Positions 20,903-30,644 are shown, counted from the first letter of the stretch. The stretch: DNA of 64,000 nucleotides from Hyphomicrobiales bacterium (GCA_021775755.1 JAJFHE010000015.1:49839-113838), one strand, 5' to 3'. Translations and numbers: made by a program. The notes: generated by a model not told the origin, from the sequence alone.

Positions 20903-22207
20903 TCATCCCAGCACCGAAAAGCTTGAGTCCTCGTTGATTTCGCGCAGGCGAGAGTAGAACCCTACATTGAGATTGCCGCCGATGGTTTCGAGCGCGAAGC
21001 GGTAGGGCTCCTCATCATGGTCGGTGCCGGCCTCGCAATAGGCGATGAGGCCGGCCATCATCTTGCCGGCAACCGGCGCGTTCTTGAACTGGTTGCCGGA
21101 AGAACCAATCGCCATGTAGAAGCCCGGCAGGCAGGATTTGTCGTAAATCGGGATCCAGTCCTCGGTGACATCGTAGAGATCGACAACACCGCGCCGCGCA
21201 TTCGGAATGCCGAGTTCTGGAATGCGCTGACCCATGCGGTAGGCCTGATGGGTCCATTGCTCGGTGAATTCGCGGTCGAAGTCATCCGCGTCGACAAACT
21301 CGCGCGGATCGCAGTCCGGGTCCTCGCTGCCGACGAGTATGTGATTGCCAGTTTCCGGGCGGCAGTAGCAGCCGATGTCGCTGTCGGATATGACGAGCCC
21401 GTCGCGGACGAAATCGAAATTCGGTGGCGAGGGCACATGCACGACTTCCTGGCGCAGGGCGCGGGTGGTGATCTTCATGTCAGCGTCGGCACCGGCCATG
21501 ACGTTGATGACGCAGGAATGCGGCCCGGCGACGTTCACAACCACCGGGGCTGAAATCTCCGTGCCGTTTGACAGCGCAATGCCGGATACGCGGCCTTGCG
21601 ACTTCAGGATATCCGCAACCTCGCAGTTAAAGCGAAACTCCGCACCATGGGCTTCGGCAGCACGCTGCAGATTGTGAGTGGCGAGTTGTGGATCGCTGAT
21701 ATATCCGGCAGTTGGAAAATAAACCGCGCTTTCGACGTCGCCGCCGGTCGGCTCGGCGAAGCCGTCATCGCCGATACGCTTGGGCGGGAAATGACGTTTC
21801 AGGTCATACACGGGCAGCCGTTCGGTAATCCGTGACCGGTCCCAGATTTCGTAGGGAATGTTCAACTCATCGCACAGTGACGTGTGGCGTTTGAGGTGGC
21901 CATTATGTTCGGTCTGCATGACAAGGCAGCCGCATTCAATGAACTCCGCATGGCCGCTTTCATCGGATGCGCCGAGATAATTCGCCCAGTCCTTCCAGTA
22001 ATAGTAACCCTCGAAAGCAAAGGCAGTACCGTCGAGCGTTGAGTAGTGCACGCGGATGATGGCGCAGGAATTGCTCGTCGAGCCGTATCCGGCAGCGGGC
22101 AGTTTGTCGACGTTGAGCGTGCGCAGGCCGGATTTGGCCATTTCAAACGCGGTCGCCGCGCCGATGATGCCCGCGCCAATGATGATTGCGTCGTAGTCGT
22201 GAGCCAT
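20903..22207 (-). CDS. FAD-dependent oxidoreductase, DAO/sarcosine oxidase-like family
   Basis: IIGAGIIG, GYGSTSNS, YDVTEDWIPI, GSSGNQFKNAP; AAGGAG RBS; just downstream of gshB on the same strand. Confidence 0.85.
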   Translation of the reverse strand: MAHDYDAIIIGAGIIGAATAFEMAKSGLRTLNVDKLPAAGYGSTSNSCAIIRVHYSTLDGTAFAFEGYYYWKDWANYLGASDESGHAEFIECGCLVMQTEHNGHLKRHTSLCDELNIPYEIWDRSRITERLPVYDLKRHFPPKRIGDDGFAEPTGGDVESAVYFPTAGYISDPQLATHNLQRAAEAHGAEFRFNCEVADILKSQGRVSGIALSNGTEISAPVVVNVAGPHSCVINVMAGADADMKITTRALRQEVVHVPSPPNFDFVRDGLVISDSDIGCYCRPETGNHILVGSEDPDCDPREFVDADDFDREFTEQWTHQAYRMGQRIPELGIPNARRGVVDLYDVTEDWIPIYDKSCLPGFYMAIGSSGNQFKNAPVAGKMMAGLIAYCEAGTDHDEEPYRFALETIGGNLNVGFYSRLREINEDSSFSVLG

Positions 22208-22224
22208 CAAACCTCTCCTTCTTC

Positions 22225-23163
22225 TCAGCGACGCGCTTCGATGGCGTCCCAGATCATTGCGGCGATATCGTTGCCGCCGAAGTTCCTGACCTCGCGGATG
22301 CCGGTCGGCGAAGTCACGTTGATTTCCGTCAGCCAGTCGCCGATCACATCGATGCCGACGAAGATCAGGCCGCGGCGCCTGAGTTCCGGTCCGATCGCCT
22401 CGCAGATGGCGCGGTCGCGGTCGGACATGTCGATCGGCTCCGGCCGGCCTCCGACATGCATGTTCGAGCGGCTTTCGCCAAGCGCCGGCACGCGGTTGAT
22501 GATGCCGGCGGGCTCGCCGTCCACCAGGATGATGCGCTTGTCGCCGTCGCGCACGGCGGGCAGATACTGCTGCACGACATAGGGTTCGCGAAAATTCTGT
22601 TCGAACAATTCCAGCAGCGCACCGAGATTTTCATCGCCGTGGGAGAGACGGAAAACACCGGCACCGCCATTGCCGTAGAGCGGCTTGACGATGATGTCGC
22701 CGTGTTCGTCGCGAAACGCCCGGACCTCGCGCGCATCGCGGGTGATGAGCGTCGGCGGCATAAAGTCGGCGAATTCGATGCAAAAGAGCTTTTCCGGCGC
22801 GTTGCGCACATGCGCCGGGTCGTTCACCACGAGCGTCTTGGGGTGCACGTGTTCCAAAAGGTGCGTGGCGGTGATGTAGCTCATGTCGAAGGGCGGATCC
22901 TGGCGCATATGCACAACATCCAGATCGGCGAGGTTTTCCACTCTCTCATCGCTCAGCGTGAAGTGATTGCCCTCTTCGTCGCGCAGCTCAAGGCTCGCGC
23001 CGGCCGCATACAGGCGGCCATCGCGCAGGCTGAGCGCCTGCGGTTCATAATAAAATATGCTGTGCCCGCGCCGCTGCGCCTCGAGCAGAATAGCGAAGGT
23101 CGAATCGCCCTTGATGTCGATCGCATTTATCGGGTCCATCTGGACGGCAATTTTGAGGCTCAT
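22225..23163 (-). CDS. gshB: Glutathione synthetase
   Basis: [39 protein letters not shown]. Confidence 0.97.
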   Translation of the reverse strand: MSLKIAVQMDPINAIDIKGDSTFAILLEAQRRGHSIFYYEPQALSLRDGRLYAAGASLELRDEEGNHFTLSDERVENLADLDVVHMRQDPPFDMSYITATHLLEHVHPKTLVVNDPAHVRNAPEKLFCIEFADFMPPTLITRDAREVRAFRDEHGDIIVKPLYGNGGAGVFRLSHGDENLGALLELFEQNFREPYVVQQYLPAVRDGDKRIILVDGEPAGIINRVPALGESRSNMHVGGRPEPIDMSDRDRAICEAIGPELRRRGLIFVGIDVIGDWLTEINVTSPTGIREVRNFGGNDIAAMIWDAIEARR

Positions 23164-23247
23164 GCGAGGGATCTCTCCGTTAGTGGCCGCACCGCGATCA
23201 CGCGGCCCGTCCTATAAATGACGAACAGGGCGCACGATCAAGAGGGT

Positions 23248-23631
23248 CTAATGTCCACCGTCCGCAGAAAATGCGTTGGCCATGTGGCGCGGCAGTCCGA
23301 ATGCATTGACGAGCACGACATCGAAGCGAAAATCGAGGTCATCCTGGCCGGCGGCTCCGGCGCGCCAGAATTCCGCCGCCCGGGCGATGCGCGCCATCTG
23401 GGCCGGCGAAACCGCGTGCGCGGCGCTGGCAAAATCGCGGCGCTGCTTGACCTCAACGAAGGCAATGGTGCGTCCACGCCTCGCTACCAGGTCGATTTCG
23501 CCAACCGGCGTTTTGTACCGGCGCGCAACAACCCGGTAGCCTTTGCAGCGCAGCAGCACCGACGCAATGGATTCGGCCCAGTGTCCGCGACGCTCGGCCT
23601 GACGGCGGGACCGGGCACGCGGTTGCTTCAC
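23248..23631 (-). CDS. yraN: YraN (UPF0102) family predicted endonuclease
   Basis: GEIDLVA, FVEVKQR, RFDVV; between rsmI and gshB. Confidence 0.9.
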   Translation of the reverse strand: MKQPRARSRRQAERRGHWAESIASVLLRCKGYRVVARRYKTPVGEIDLVARRGRTIAFVEVKQRRDFASAAHAVSPAQMARIARAAEFWRAGAAGQDDLDFRFDVVLVNAFGLPRHMANAFSADGGH

Positions 23632-24545
23632 CGCTCCTCGCCATCGCGGGCGTGGGACAAGTCAAGGGCACGCCGGTAGACCTGTTTCCGCGGCACCGCG
23701 AGAGCGCGCGCAACATGGTCCGCAGCATCGCGCACGCTCATCTCCGCAAGAGCGGCCCGCAGGGCCTTGTCGATTTCCTCGCCGCCCGGCGGGCGCGTTT
23801 CGCCCGGTGCCACGACGAGCGTAATTTCTCCCTTGAACGTGCCGCGGTCGCGCGCCATGCCAACAAGATCGGTGAGCGTGCCACGCACGATTTCCTCATG
23901 CATTTTCGTGAGCTCGCGCGTCAATGTCGCGCCGCGGTCGCCAAATGCGACCAGCAGGGCTTCCAGTGTCAGTGTCACTTTGCGCGGCGAAACAAAGAAG
24001 ATTAACGTCGCCTGGATGCCGGCGAGTTCAGCCAGCGCCGTGTCGCGCGCGCCCTTTTTTTCCGGCAGAAAGCCGACAAACTGAAACCTGTCCGTCGGTT
24101 GCCCGGCAACCGCAAGCGCCGCCAGGAGGGCCGACGCCCCGGGCACCGGAAAGACCGTGACATCACCCGCGGCAGCGTCGCGCACAAGCTTGAATCCGGG
24201 GTCCGAGACAAGCGGCGTTCCGGCATCGCTGACAAGCGCGATCGTTCCACCGGCCCCAAGACGCGTCATGATTTCGGGCCGCATGCGCTCCGCATTGTGT
24301 TCGTGATAGGCTTTGAGGGGCGTCGAAATGCCATAATTTCGTACCAGTTTCACGGTCGTGCGGGTGTCTTCGCACAGTATGAGGTCGGCTGCGGCAAGTG
24401 TTTCAAGGGCGCGCAAGGTAATGTCGCCAAGATGGCCGATGGGCGTCGCGGTCACATAGAGGCCGGGCGCCAGAGCCGCTGCCGCCACAGGCTGGCCGTT
24501 GAGCAGGAAAGTTTTCTGACGGCGTGGTTTGTCGTTCGCGGTCAC
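23628..24545 (-). CDS. rsmI: 16S rRNA C1402 2'-O-methyltransferase
   Basis: LYVTATPIGHLGDITLRA, CEDTR, SDAGTPLVSDPG, RELTKMHEE. Confidence 0.96.
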   Translation of the reverse strand: MTANDKPRRQKTFLLNGQPVAAAALAPGLYVTATPIGHLGDITLRALETLAAADLILCEDTRTTVKLVRNYGISTPLKAYHEHNAERMRPEIMTRLGAGGTIALVSDAGTPLVSDPGFKLVRDAAAGDVTVFPVPGASALLAALAVAGQPTDRFQFVGFLPEKKGARDTALAELAGIQATLIFFVSPRKVTLTLEALLVAFGDRGATLTRELTKMHEEIVRGTLTDLVGMARDRGTFKGEITLVVAPGETRPPGGEEIDKALRAALAEMSVRDAADHVARALAVPRKQVYRRALDLSHARDGEER

Positions 24546-24715
24546 ACATTAGCCGGCGAAAGAGCCGCCGCCCCCGTTAAGATTGAGTGCGCTATGGTTT
24601 TTACTTCCGGGTCAAGATTGAGTAGCTTACAGAACAGGGGTTGGCGGCGAAAGCCGGTACGACGCACGTTGCGGAGCGTGCGAGGCACCAGGGACGATAA
24701 AACAGGGGCCACAAG

Positions 24716-25957
24716 GTGGAAAGCGTAACAGTAGTATTAAAGCGAGTATCCTGCGGTTTGCAGACAGGGAAACTGTGGCTTGCGGGCCTGTTCATCGGTC
24801 TGTCGGTCGGCCTGTCGGCTTGCACCAGCGGCGTCGATCTCGGTGTCGGCGACTGGTTTGCCGGTGGCGGTTCATCGCCAACCGTCAATTCCCAGGATCT
24901 TGCGGCATTGAACGCGGGCGGCGCGCGCGTCGCCATGCTGCTGCCGCTGTCGGCGAATGGCGAGGCGGCGCAGATTGCCCGTGCGCTGAAAGAGGCGGGC
25001 GAACTTGCGGTATTCGAGGCCGGCCAGGCAGGCATTGTCCTGACGACGAAGGACACGCTCGGCACGCCGGCGGGTGCGCAGGCCGCGGCACAGGCGGCCA
25101 TTCAAGAGGGCGCCGAACTGATCATCGGCCCGCTGTTTTCCAATTCGGTTCGCGCCATCGCGCCGGTCACCCAGACAAGTAACACGCCGGTCATCGCGTT
25201 TTCGACCGACCGGAACGTCGCGACGCAGAACATTTATCTTCTGAGCTTTCTGCCGGAGCTTGAAGTGCAGCGTGTGATGCAGCATGCCTCGGCGGCAGGT
25301 GCCCGCACGTTTGCCGCGCTGGTGCCGCAGTCTCCTTACGGGGCTGTCGTTGAGCGCGCCATGACGCAGGCAGTGCAGGCTTCCGGTGGCCGCCTCGTTG
25401 CGATTGAACGATACGCGCGCACGCAGGAAGGCCTCGCGGCGCCGGTCAACAAGATCGCCCAGGCGGTCAACGGCAACAATGTGGACGCGCTGCTCATCGC
25501 CGAAGGCGGGGCACTCTTGCGCTCCATTGCCTCGCAACTTGCCCAGAGCGGTATCAACCAGGGTTCGGTGCAGTTTCTCGGTACCGGCCTTTGGGACGAA
25601 CAGGGTGTCAACACCATCCCGAACCTGATCGGTGGCTGGTATGCCGGTCCGCCGCCGTCCGCAAAGCAGCAGTTCGCGGTCAGATTCCAGAACGCCTATG
25701 GCCGCCAGCCGCCGCGCCTTGCAAGCCTTGCTTATGACGCTGTGTCGCTCGCCATCGCGTTTTCGCGCCAGCCCCAGGGCAACCGCTTTACCGCTCCGCA
25801 AATGGCCAATCCGGAAGGCTTTGCCGGGGTCGACGGACTGTTCAGGTTCATGCCGAACGGTCTCAACGAGCGCGGGCTTGCGGTCATGCAGGTGACCGGC
25901 GCGGGATCGCAGGAAGTAAGCCCTGCGCCGCCGAGATTTGCAGGCACCGGGTCTTAA
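24716..25957 (+). CDS. LpoA/LppC-like penicillin-binding-protein activator lipoprotein
   Basis: Lipobox LSAC, VAMLLPLS, IIGPLFS, LAYDAVSL, GFAGVDGLFRF; divergent from rsmI as usual. Confidence 0.8.
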   Translation: MESVTVVLKRVSCGLQTGKLWLAGLFIGLSVGLSACTSGVDLGVGDWFAGGGSSPTVNSQDLAALNAGGARVAMLLPLSANGEAAQIARALKEAGELAVFEAGQAGIVLTTKDTLGTPAGAQAAAQAAIQEGAELIIGPLFSNSVRAIAPVTQTSNTPVIAFSTDRNVATQNIYLLSFLPELEVQRVMQHASAAGARTFAALVPQSPYGAVVERAMTQAVQASGGRLVAIERYARTQEGLAAPVNKIAQAVNGNNVDALLIAEGGALLRSIASQLAQSGINQGSVQFLGTGLWDEQGVNTIPNLIGGWYAGPPPSAKQQFAVRFQNAYGRQPPRLASLAYDAVSLAIAFSRQPQGNRFTAPQMANPEGFAGVDGLFRFMPNGLNERGLAVMQVTGAGSQEVSPAPPRFAGTGS

Positions 25958-27168
25958 AGAGAAGCCGCCAGTTCCGCAGCGACGGCGTTCAGCACCAGCC
26001 GCCCGCGCGGCGTGAGCTGGAGAACGGTGGTTGACACTTCTTCGTTAAGCAGCCCCATGCGCGCAAGCGCAATGACGGTATCGGGCGCGGGTGTGGGAAG
26101 GCCGCGCTCGCGCAATCTTGAAAGCGGCAGGCCTTCTGAAAGCCGCAATCCCATAACCAGGATTTCATGCGTCTGTTCACGGGCCGACAAGGGACTTTCC
26201 GTTGCGCTGCCCGTGCCTGCGCCATCCACTTCGCGGCGCCAGGCTTCCGGGTCGCGGTGGGCGTCGATGGCAAGGCGTTCCCCCGCCACCGTTATACGGC
26301 TGTGGGCGCCGGGACCAATACCGATATAGTCCCCATAGCGCCAGTAAATGAGGTTGTGGCGCGACTCCGCCCCGGGGCGGGCATGGTTGGAAATTTCATA
26401 CGCCGGAATGCCGGCTGCCTCACAGAGTTCCTGTGTGACTTCGTAGAATGCGACCGCGAGATCTTCTTCCGGGACAATGAGCTTGCCGGCGTCATGCAGG
26501 ACGGCGAAGGGTGTTCCCGGCTCTATCGTCAACTGATAAAGCGAAAGATGATCGCCGGCGCGCGCCAGCGCCTGCGTGAGCTCCGCGCGCCAGTCTTCGG
26601 CGCTCTGGTGTGGCCGCGCATAGATCAGATCGAATGACACGCGCTCAAAGTTTGTGTGCGCGACATCGAGCGCGGCCATGGCTTCGGCAACTGAATGCTG
26701 GCGGCCGAGCGCCTTGAGAGCGCGGTCATCCAGCGCCTGCACACCGACTGAAACGCGGTTTACCCCGGCGGTCCGGTACCCGGCAAAATTCCGCGCCTCG
26801 ACACTGGTCGGGTTTGCCTCCAGCGTGATTTCAGCATCGGCGCTCAGCGGCCAGAGATCCGCCGCGGCCTCAATGAGAGTGGAAACCGCGGCGGGGGTCA
26901 TGAGCGAGGGCGTGCCGCCGCCGAAGAAAATACTGTCGAGGATGCCGGCGCCGGTGCGGGCCGCGAAGCTTTGCATTTCCCGCACGAGGGCTCCGGTAAA
27001 GGACGTTTCGTCCACGCCGTTGTGACGGACATGGGAGTTGAAGTCGCAATAGGGGCATTTGGCGAGGCAGAACGGCCAGTGAATATAGAGGCCGAAACGC
27101 GTTTGGCCCGTTGACCAGATTGTATCGCGGCCTAAGCGCTCGGCGGCGGCGTGATCAATCGTGCCCAA
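25954..27168 (-). CDS. hemW: Radical SAM heme chaperone HemW
   Basis: [44 protein letters not shown]. Start uncertain (TTG 27168 overlapping rdgB end). Confidence 0.9.
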   Translation of the reverse strand: MGTIDHAAAERLGRDTIWSTGQTRFGLYIHWPFCLAKCPYCDFNSHVRHNGVDETSFTGALVREMQSFAARTGAGILDSIFFGGGTPSLMTPAAVSTLIEAAADLWPLSADAEITLEANPTSVEARNFAGYRTAGVNRVSVGVQALDDRALKALGRQHSVAEAMAALDVAHTNFERVSFDLIYARPHQSAEDWRAELTQALARAGDHLSLYQLTIEPGTPFAVLHDAGKLIVPEEDLAVAFYEVTQELCEAAGIPAYEISNHARPGAESRHNLIYWRYGDYIGIGPGAHSRITVAGERLAIDAHRDPEAWRREVDGAGTGSATESPLSAREQTHEILVMGLRLSEGLPLSRLRERGLPTPAPDTVIALARMGLLNEEVSTTVLQLTPRGRLVLNAVAAELAASL

Positions 27169-27775
27169 GACAGTCCTCAGTGAGCTTTGCAAACGCGTCG
27201 GCGCGGTGCGACATCTCATGCTTCTCCTCAGGCGCCATTTCACCGAATGTCAGCTGACGCCCGGTTGCCACGAATACCGGGTCGTAGCCGAAGCCGTGCT
27301 CGCCCCGGGGCGGCCATACCAAGTGTCCGCGCACCTCACCCTCGAAGATCTCATGATGGCCGTCCGGCCAGGCAATGCAAAGCGCGCAGACAAAGCGCGC
27401 GGCGCGTGCGTCTGCGCTGACGGCCCCTATCTCAGAGAGTTCGTGCTCAACGCGCTGCATGGCTTGCGAAAAGTCCTTTTGCGGACCGGCCCAGCGGGCG
27501 GAGTAAATCCCGGGCGCGCCGCCCAGCGCCTCGACCGCAAGCCCGGAATCATCGGCGAGCGCCACTTTTCCCGACGCATCCGCCGCGGCGCGGGCTTTCA
27601 GAAGCGCGTTTTCAGCGAATGTCGCGCCGGTTTCCTCGGGCTCATCCAGACCAAGCTCGCCAGCGGACACAACGCCAACGCCGCGGCCTCGCACCAGTTC
27701 GGCAATCTCACGCACCTTGCCCGGGTTGTGGCTTGCCACGACGAGAGTGGTTTCCTGCAATTGCCGATGTGTCAT
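27155..27775 (-). CDS. rdgB: dITP/XTP pyrophosphatase
   Basis: ASHNPGK, ADDSGL, PGIYSAR, GFGYDP, SHR; ATG 27775. Confidence 0.96.
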   Translation of the reverse strand: MTHRQLQETTLVVASHNPGKVREIAELVRGRGVGVVSAGELGLDEPEETGATFAENALLKARAAADASGKVALADDSGLAVEALGGAPGIYSARWAGPQKDFSQAMQRVEHELSEIGAVSADARAARFVCALCIAWPDGHHEIFEGEVRGHLVWPPRGEHGFGYDPVFVATGRQLTFGEMAPEEKHEMSHRADAFAKLTEDCLGHD

Positions 27776-27776
27776 T

Positions 27777-28044
27777 CTAGAGCCCACTTGTTGAATTCGG
27801 AGCCACTTTGACCGGCTTGTCTTGCTGCGTGGTCAGGCGCGCTTCGCTATGCGATGTGGGACATCTCATAAGAAGCGCAACGCCGCCACGCGGCAAGACA
27901 AGCCGGCCGTTGGTGGACCAAATCCGTCCGCCGGCAGCGTTGCGCCGCTTGCCCGATGCCCCGCATCGCGCTGCGCGCCGCGCCTTGCCGGTCGAACTGA
28001 TTTGGTCCATCAAAGTGACTCCGGATTCATCAAATGGGCTCTAG
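27777..28044. mobile_element. MITE-like palindromic element 1 (268 bp, CTAG ends)
   Basis: 35-bp terminal inverted repeats 27777-27811 and 28010-28044 (31/35 matching); two internal hairpins; no transposase. Confidence 0.85.
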
Positions 28045-28446
28045 AGCCCAGATTCTCGGTTCGGCGAATTCAAGGCAGTTGCCCGCAGGGTCGCGGAAGT
28101 AGATCGAGCGGCCGCCCTGCGGCCATTCGAAGTCGGATTCGATCGCGACACCACGCGCGTCCAGACGGCCCCGCCAGGCCTCGATTTCATCGGCGCTGGC
28201 GGCAAAGCACACATGGCCCGGCCCATGCGCGCCGTGCGGCGGAACGGGCAGCGCACTTCCCGTCGCTGGTTTCGCCGTAGCCTCGGCGTTGAAGATGAGC
28301 AGAACCTGGCTGCCGCAGCGGAAGAACACGTGACGTCCGGCCTCTTCCGTCACCAGCTCCAGCCCCAGCACCTCGCGGTAAAAGGCGCTCGCCGCAGGCA
28401 GATCCGATGCATAAAGCACGGTTTCAAGAACCCGGTTGGGCGTCAT
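28030..28446 (-). CDS. VOC/glyoxalase family protein
   Basis: VLETVLY, FYREVLGL, GHVCF, RSIYFRDPAGNCLEF; last codons and stop lie inside element 1. Confidence 0.9.
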   Translation of the reverse strand: MTPNRVLETVLYASDLPAASAFYREVLGLELVTEEAGRHVFFRCGSQVLLIFNAEATAKPATGSALPVPPHGAHGPGHVCFAASADEIEAWRGRLDARGVAIESDFEWPQGGRSIYFRDPAGNCLEFAEPRIWALEPI

Positions 28447-28461
28447 TTGGCTTCCCGGTTG

Positions 28462-29175
28462 TCAGCCGACCGCAAATTTCTGGAGCGTTACAAGGCGCTC
28501 GATACCTTCGCGCGCCAGCGCCAGCATGGTTTCAAAGTCCCCGCCGCTGAAAGGATCGCCTTCCGCGGTCGCCTGAATTTCGACAATGCCACCCGACCCG
28601 GTCATGACGAAGTTCGCATCCGTGTCGGCTTCGGAGTCCTCCGCATAATCCAGATCGCATACCGGCTCGCCGTTATAGATGCCGCAGGAAATGGCGGCGA
28701 TGTGATCCTTTAGAACGTCCGTCTTGACCATGTCGCGCTCAGCCATCCACTTGATGCAGTCGTGCAGCGCGACCCAGGCGCCGGTGATCGAGGCGGTTCT
28801 TGTCCCGCCATCGGCCTGCAATACGTCGCAGTCGACCTGGATCTGGCGCTCGCCGAGCTTTTCAAGATCCACAACCGCGCGCAGGCTGCGGCCGATCAGC
28901 CGCTGAATTTCCTGGGTCCGGCCGCTCTGTTTGCCGGCTGTGGCTTCGCGGCGCATACGCTCGCCGGTAGAACGCGGCAGCATGCCGTATTCCGCCGTCA
29001 CCCAGCCGCGGCCCTGACCGCGCAGCCACGGCGGCACGCGGTCATCGAGACTTGCCGTACACAAGACATGCGTATCGCCGCATTTTATGAGGCAGGAGCC
29101 TTCGGCATGTTTTGCAAAACCGCGTTCCAACTCGATGGAGCGGATCGCGCCTGGTTCCCGTTTCGATGGTCGCAT
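28462..29175 (-). CDS. rph: Ribonuclease PH
   Basis: [46 protein letters not shown]. Confidence 0.98.
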   Translation of the reverse strand: MRPSKREPGAIRSIELERGFAKHAEGSCLIKCGDTHVLCTASLDDRVPPWLRGQGRGWVTAEYGMLPRSTGERMRREATAGKQSGRTQEIQRLIGRSLRAVVDLEKLGERQIQVDCDVLQADGGTRTASITGAWVALHDCIKWMAERDMVKTDVLKDHIAAISCGIYNGEPVCDLDYAEDSEADTDANFVMTGSGGIVEIQATAEGDPFSGGDFETMLALAREGIERLVTLQKFAVG

Positions 29176-29323
29176 GGTTCAAGGTTTCTTTTCTTGTTTC
29201 GGGTTTTTTGGAATTGCGCAGTGTTCTAGCCCGCAGCGTACACTTACTGCAAAAGAAAACGCCGTAGCAGGCGTCGCGCACAGAGATTCGGCGGTCGTCG
29301 ATTGACGGCAACCGGCTGCATGC

Positions 29324-29455
29324 CCAGACCGTTTCGGGTTCATATGAATTCGTTTGACCGGCGTTGCGGCGATTGCCCGATACACCGCACCGCGCCTTGC
29401 CGGATGAACCGGCTTGACCCATCAAACGTTTCCATATGAACCTGAAACGGTCTAG
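29324..29455. mobile_element. MITE-like palindromic element 2 (132 bp, internally deleted relative of element 1)
   Basis: 34-bp inverted repeats 29324-29357 and 29422-29455 (29/34 matching; ends CCAG/CTAG); core GCGTTGCG..TTGCCCGAT..CCGCGCCTTGCCGG..GAAC..CCATCAAA shared with element 1. Confidence 0.8.
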
Positions 29456-29513
29456 GTTCGAGGGAGCGGATCCGCGGATCCGCAATGACCATAACCCAGT
29501 CTGTGGCAGTCTC

Positions 29514-30578
29514 ATGCATACGCCGCTCACCGGATTGACCGAGCTCGATCAGCGATCGCGTGAGATCTTCCGGCAAATCGTGGAAAGTTACATCGAGACC
29601 GGCGACCCCGTCGGCTCGCGCACGTTGAGCCGTGCGCTGCCGATCAACTTGTCGCCCGCCTCGGTGCGCAACGTCATGGCGGACCTTGAGGAAAGCGGCC
29701 TCATATTCGCGCCGCACACAAGTGCCGGGCGCCTGCCAACGGAACTGGGGCTGCGGCTCTTCGTCGACGGCCTGCTGCAGGTCGGCAGCCTCTCCGACCC
29801 GGACCGCCGCGAAATCGAAGCTCAGGTTTCCCTGCGCAATACGGACCAGACGGTTGAGGAATATCTCTCCGACGCGACCAATCTGCTTTCGGGCCTCAGT
29901 CAGTGCGCCGGGGTTGTGCTGACACCGAAGAAGAACCTCCGTCTCAAACATCTGGAGTTTGTGAGCCTCGACCCAAGCCGCGCGCTTGTCGTGATGGTGG
30001 GCGAGGACGACATGGTCGAGAACCGCGTCATGGATCTGCCGTCGGGCTTGCCGGCCTCGGCGCTGGTTCGCGCGTCGAACTACATCAATTCGCGCATGCA
30101 GGGGCGCACTTTCGACGAAATCAGCGCTGAAATCGCACGCGAAATCGAAAACCAGAAGAGCGCTCTCGACGCGCTGACGGCGGAGGTTGTCGAAACCGGC
30201 CTTGCGACATGGGCAGGCGATGGACAGACGGACAGCAAAACGCTGATTGTGCGCGGACGTTCAAATCTTCTGGAGGATCTCACCGCCATTGAGGATCTTG
30301 AACGGATCCGCCGGCTGTTCGACGACCTTGAATCAAAGAAAGACCTGATCCAGCTGCTCGGTCTGGCGGAGAGCGCGGAGGGCGTAAAGATTTTCATCGG
30401 CTCGGAGAACAATCTGTTTTCGCTGTCGGGGTCGTCGCTCATCGTCGCGCCCTATCGCGACACGGAAGAAAAGATCGTCGGCGTTATTGGCGTAATCGGT
30501 CCGACGCGCCTGAATTACGCGCGTATTATCCCCATGGTCGATTATACCGCGCGCGTGTTGGGACGATTGGTCACTTGA
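29514..30578 (+). CDS. hrcA: Heat-inducible transcription repressor HrcA
   Basis: [49 protein letters not shown] 29514 chosen because the track start (29436) lies in element 2. Confidence 0.96.
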   Translation: MHTPLTGLTELDQRSREIFRQIVESYIETGDPVGSRTLSRALPINLSPASVRNVMADLEESGLIFAPHTSAGRLPTELGLRLFVDGLLQVGSLSDPDRREIEAQVSLRNTDQTVEEYLSDATNLLSGLSQCAGVVLTPKKNLRLKHLEFVSLDPSRALVVMVGEDDMVENRVMDLPSGLPASALVRASNYINSRMQGRTFDEISAEIAREIENQKSALDALTAEVVETGLATWAGDGQTDSKTLIVRGRSNLLEDLTAIEDLERIRRLFDDLESKKDLIQLLGLAESAEGVKIFIGSENNLFSLSGSSLIVAPYRDTEEKIVGVIGVIGPTRLNYARIIPMVDYTARVLGRLVT

Positions 30579-30601
30579 TTTGCGGCCCAAAACACTGATA
30601 T
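30574..30601 (+). promoter_or_regulatory. Possible RpoH promoter for grpE
   Basis: CTTGAT-N15-CTGATAT compared with the alpha RpoH consensus CTTGAA-N15/16-CCTATAT. Confidence 0.45.
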
Positions 30602-30644
30602 CGGGGCCAGCACATCAGGCCACAGATTGAGAACAACATCTATT

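Noticed and set aside
24725-24740. GTAA-N8-TTAA at the start of the lpoA-like gene as a CtrA box
   Set aside because: Wrong spacing and one imperfect half-site.
27777-28044. Mirror-image 78-aa ORFs on both strands of element 1
   Set aside because: Their TTG starts and TAG stops come from the inverted repeats; no RBS or protein motif, and too short for a transposase.
27777-29455. Elements 1 and 2 as CRISPR repeats, tRNA or riboswitch
   Set aside because: No repeat-spacer periodicity, no cas genes, no cloverleaf or T-loop motif, no riboswitch consensus recognised.
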